DNA of 64,000 nucleotides from Zygnema circumcarinatum SAG 698-1b (Eukaryota; Plantae; Zygnematophyceae), in the NCBI GenBank assembly GCA_037447605.1, contig CM074820.1, forward strand, positions 2,046,001 through 2,110,000, given 5' to 3'. The notes beneath the pieces were generated by a model. That model was not told the DNA's origin and did no database searches. It saw only the letters and a program-made list of their open reading frames with translations. How positions within the stretch are numbered: the first letter of the stretch is position 1; the number at the start of each line of letters is the position of its first letter. Shown piece after piece: positions 61,995 to 64,000 of the stretch. The translations under genes were made by a program, and so were the position numbers.

Positions 61995-64000
61995 ATGGCC
62001 ATGGCGCCGCTGCGGCCGACGAGGCGGCTGCTGCTGCCGCTGCTGCTGCTCGCGCTGCAGCCCTGGTTTCTTCTGGCGGAAGAAGGTAGAGATGGCGGGG
62101 GCCTGCAGAACATGGAGACGGCCCGGGCGGACACGCTTCTGCATGTGCGCCTCTCTCGCTCCTGCTCGCGCCTCGCGCTTTTCCCACTTCTCTTTTTCAT
62201 TCTCGCGGGGCAGCTCTGTGAAGGGATCTTGCTCATTTGGGCAGGCAGCTTTGCTTTGCGAGCTCCTTCAGCTGCAATTTAGCTTCCTCCAGCCGTGTAG
62301 ATCCAAATTTGTACTGGTTATTCAAGTGGCATAGACTGAGGAACCTGGGCAATGTCCTGCCAGTGAGCTCTATTTTTGAGCTGGGCCAGCCTCTTCCAGA
62401 ACCGACTCTTCCCCCACGGCATTGTAATGCAGGCTTGGAGACAAATGTACGGCCTTGATGATGCGAGAACGCCGCCTGCAACAGTCCGGCAGCTGGATGA
62501 AGGCGATGTATTTGAAGGAACCCGCGTTCCTTTGGCCCCGCACCTGGAGGCCTGCGCCGCTCTGGCGGAGAAGCACGCGGCGCAGGAGAGGAGGGGGGAG
62601 GACGGGTCCCTGCCTGCATGGGCTCAGCCAACACAGTATTATGCAGCGCCACGCACACCCTGGGTACTTTTTTCACCTTCTAATTCAATGTGGAAGTGTC
62701 AAACTTTGACATTTCCCGAAAATGTAGTATCCGGAACTGCTAAAATCATGTCGCATATCCTTTGTGTGCTCCTCTGAGAGGAGTTCACAGCAAATTTTCA
62801 CCAGATTGTTCGAAGGGCTTCTGACTCGAAAAATGTTCGAGTTTTGGCAGATTCGGGGTGGTGAACAAGACAACCTGCCACTGACTCATGTTGCTCAGAG
62901 GGACATCTGGGCACACCAGTTTCCGGCCGATTGTAATTCGCCAAACGTCCGCTTCTTATATGCTGAGTGGATGACAATATACCGCTATGGAGTAGGCGCT
63001 CAGCTGCACCTCGTGACAAGAGCACTTGCGCTGGCCATGCAGCACAACCGGGTTTTGGTCACTACTAGATTCTTTGCCAGAGCGGACCACGATGGCTGTG
63101 AGGGTGCACTCCGTGGTTTTGCCTTTCCGGATGCTTGTTTCGTCATTGATGCCATGCATTTCGGGCAGTAGTGTCATAGGTGACTGGATTTTTCGATTGG
63201 CCCTCTAAGTGGTTGGATATCCTCTTCACTCCGGCTAACGGATTCTCAACGGAAGTTGCACTGACTTCTGCTTTCGCTTCCCACAGGAGAGCACAAGGGT
63301 TCTTTTGACTGCTACTTCTTCCCCATGGTAGCCCCGGAGTGCAGAAGGAGGGCGGATGCCATTCTTGAGGAGGAAAGGAGAAAGGAGTCGTTCTGCACAC
63401 GCCACTTGGGCTGGGAGGAGAGTGAATGGCCGACGTGGGAGCAAGTGGAGACATGTCTCCGGGATGATGCTGTGCCAGTGGTCTATATGGGTGACTGGCA
63501 GAGGGTTATGCAGCTCTCGACAGAGGGGCCGTTGAGACGGTAAATGCCCCCTACCATGCATTCTCTAGCCCTGGAGTAGGAATGGATCACGCCCTTCAGC
63601 TTACACAAACTTTAAAAATGTGAAAGTGCAGTGTGTTTCTCAAGGTTCCAGTATTCCAAGTTGATGTAGACTTGAAGAAGCCATTCCCACATCGCATTCC
63701 CACATCGCGCAGCTACTGCGGTATAGTAGATACAGGCAAACCCTGAGTTTTATCATCCACAAACGCTGCAGGGAATGGGGCACGCCATGGCTTGAGGGGC
63801 CGACATCTGTGGAGTATTTAGGAAAGCTGGAAGAAGCTTCAGAAGCCAGCTTAGAGGTGGGTTGCCCCCCCACATTTGCATCCTGAAGGAGAGAAACCTC
63901 ATTCAAGCAGAATTGACCAGAGAAATAACGATGTCACAAGTGGGAAAAATGCACTTAACTGGCCTCCTGCGGCCGGATACTATGTTGTGCTGTGAATGAG
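61995..64000 (+). CDS. Plant alpha-1,6-fucosyltransferase-like (FUT8/GT23-like) secretory protein, truncated by window end
   Basis: N-terminal hydrophobic signal MAMAPLRPTRRLLLPLLLLALQPWFLLA. Later exons read DGSLPAW, IRGGEQDNLPLTHVAQRDIWAHQFPADCNSPNVRFLYAEW...YGVGAQLH...LVTTRFFARADHDGCEG and CYFFPMVAPECRRRA, which match the uncharacterised plant family (At5g28910-like, recalled from memory). Confidence 0.78.

Overview
Eukaryotic nuclear DNA from an intron-rich, gene-dense streptophyte genome. A charophyte-grade alga is inferred from plant-specific gene families combined with long GA/CT intron tracts. About ten genes were reconstructed by eye. In order: class II PRPP synthase (-), bacterial-type SUI1/YciH factor (+), a plant-specific membrane protein (+), a large low-complexity protein with a SPOROCYTELESS/TIE-like motif and nine duplicated phase-0 mini-exons (+), and a chromomethylase (-). 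These are followed by a multi-repeat RIN4/NOI-like protein (-), two paralogous RLCK pseudokinases (-, one fused to TPRs), an intact RLCK-VII/PBL-like kinase (+), SUF4/ZNF207 (-, 3' end lost in a gap) and a FUT8-like glycosyltransferase (+, truncated). Two non-autonomous DNA transposons have clear TIRs and TSDs: a 484-bp Tc1/mariner-type MITE and a 951-bp foldback/MULE-like element. The most notable observations are the mini-exon array, the multi-NOI gene next to pseudokinases and a PBL-like kinase, and a fixed-spacing C(C/G)AAT-N9-CCACG (ERSE-like) module found at least ten times, including inside the foldback transposon. All exon boundaries and family calls are manual. No searches were run.
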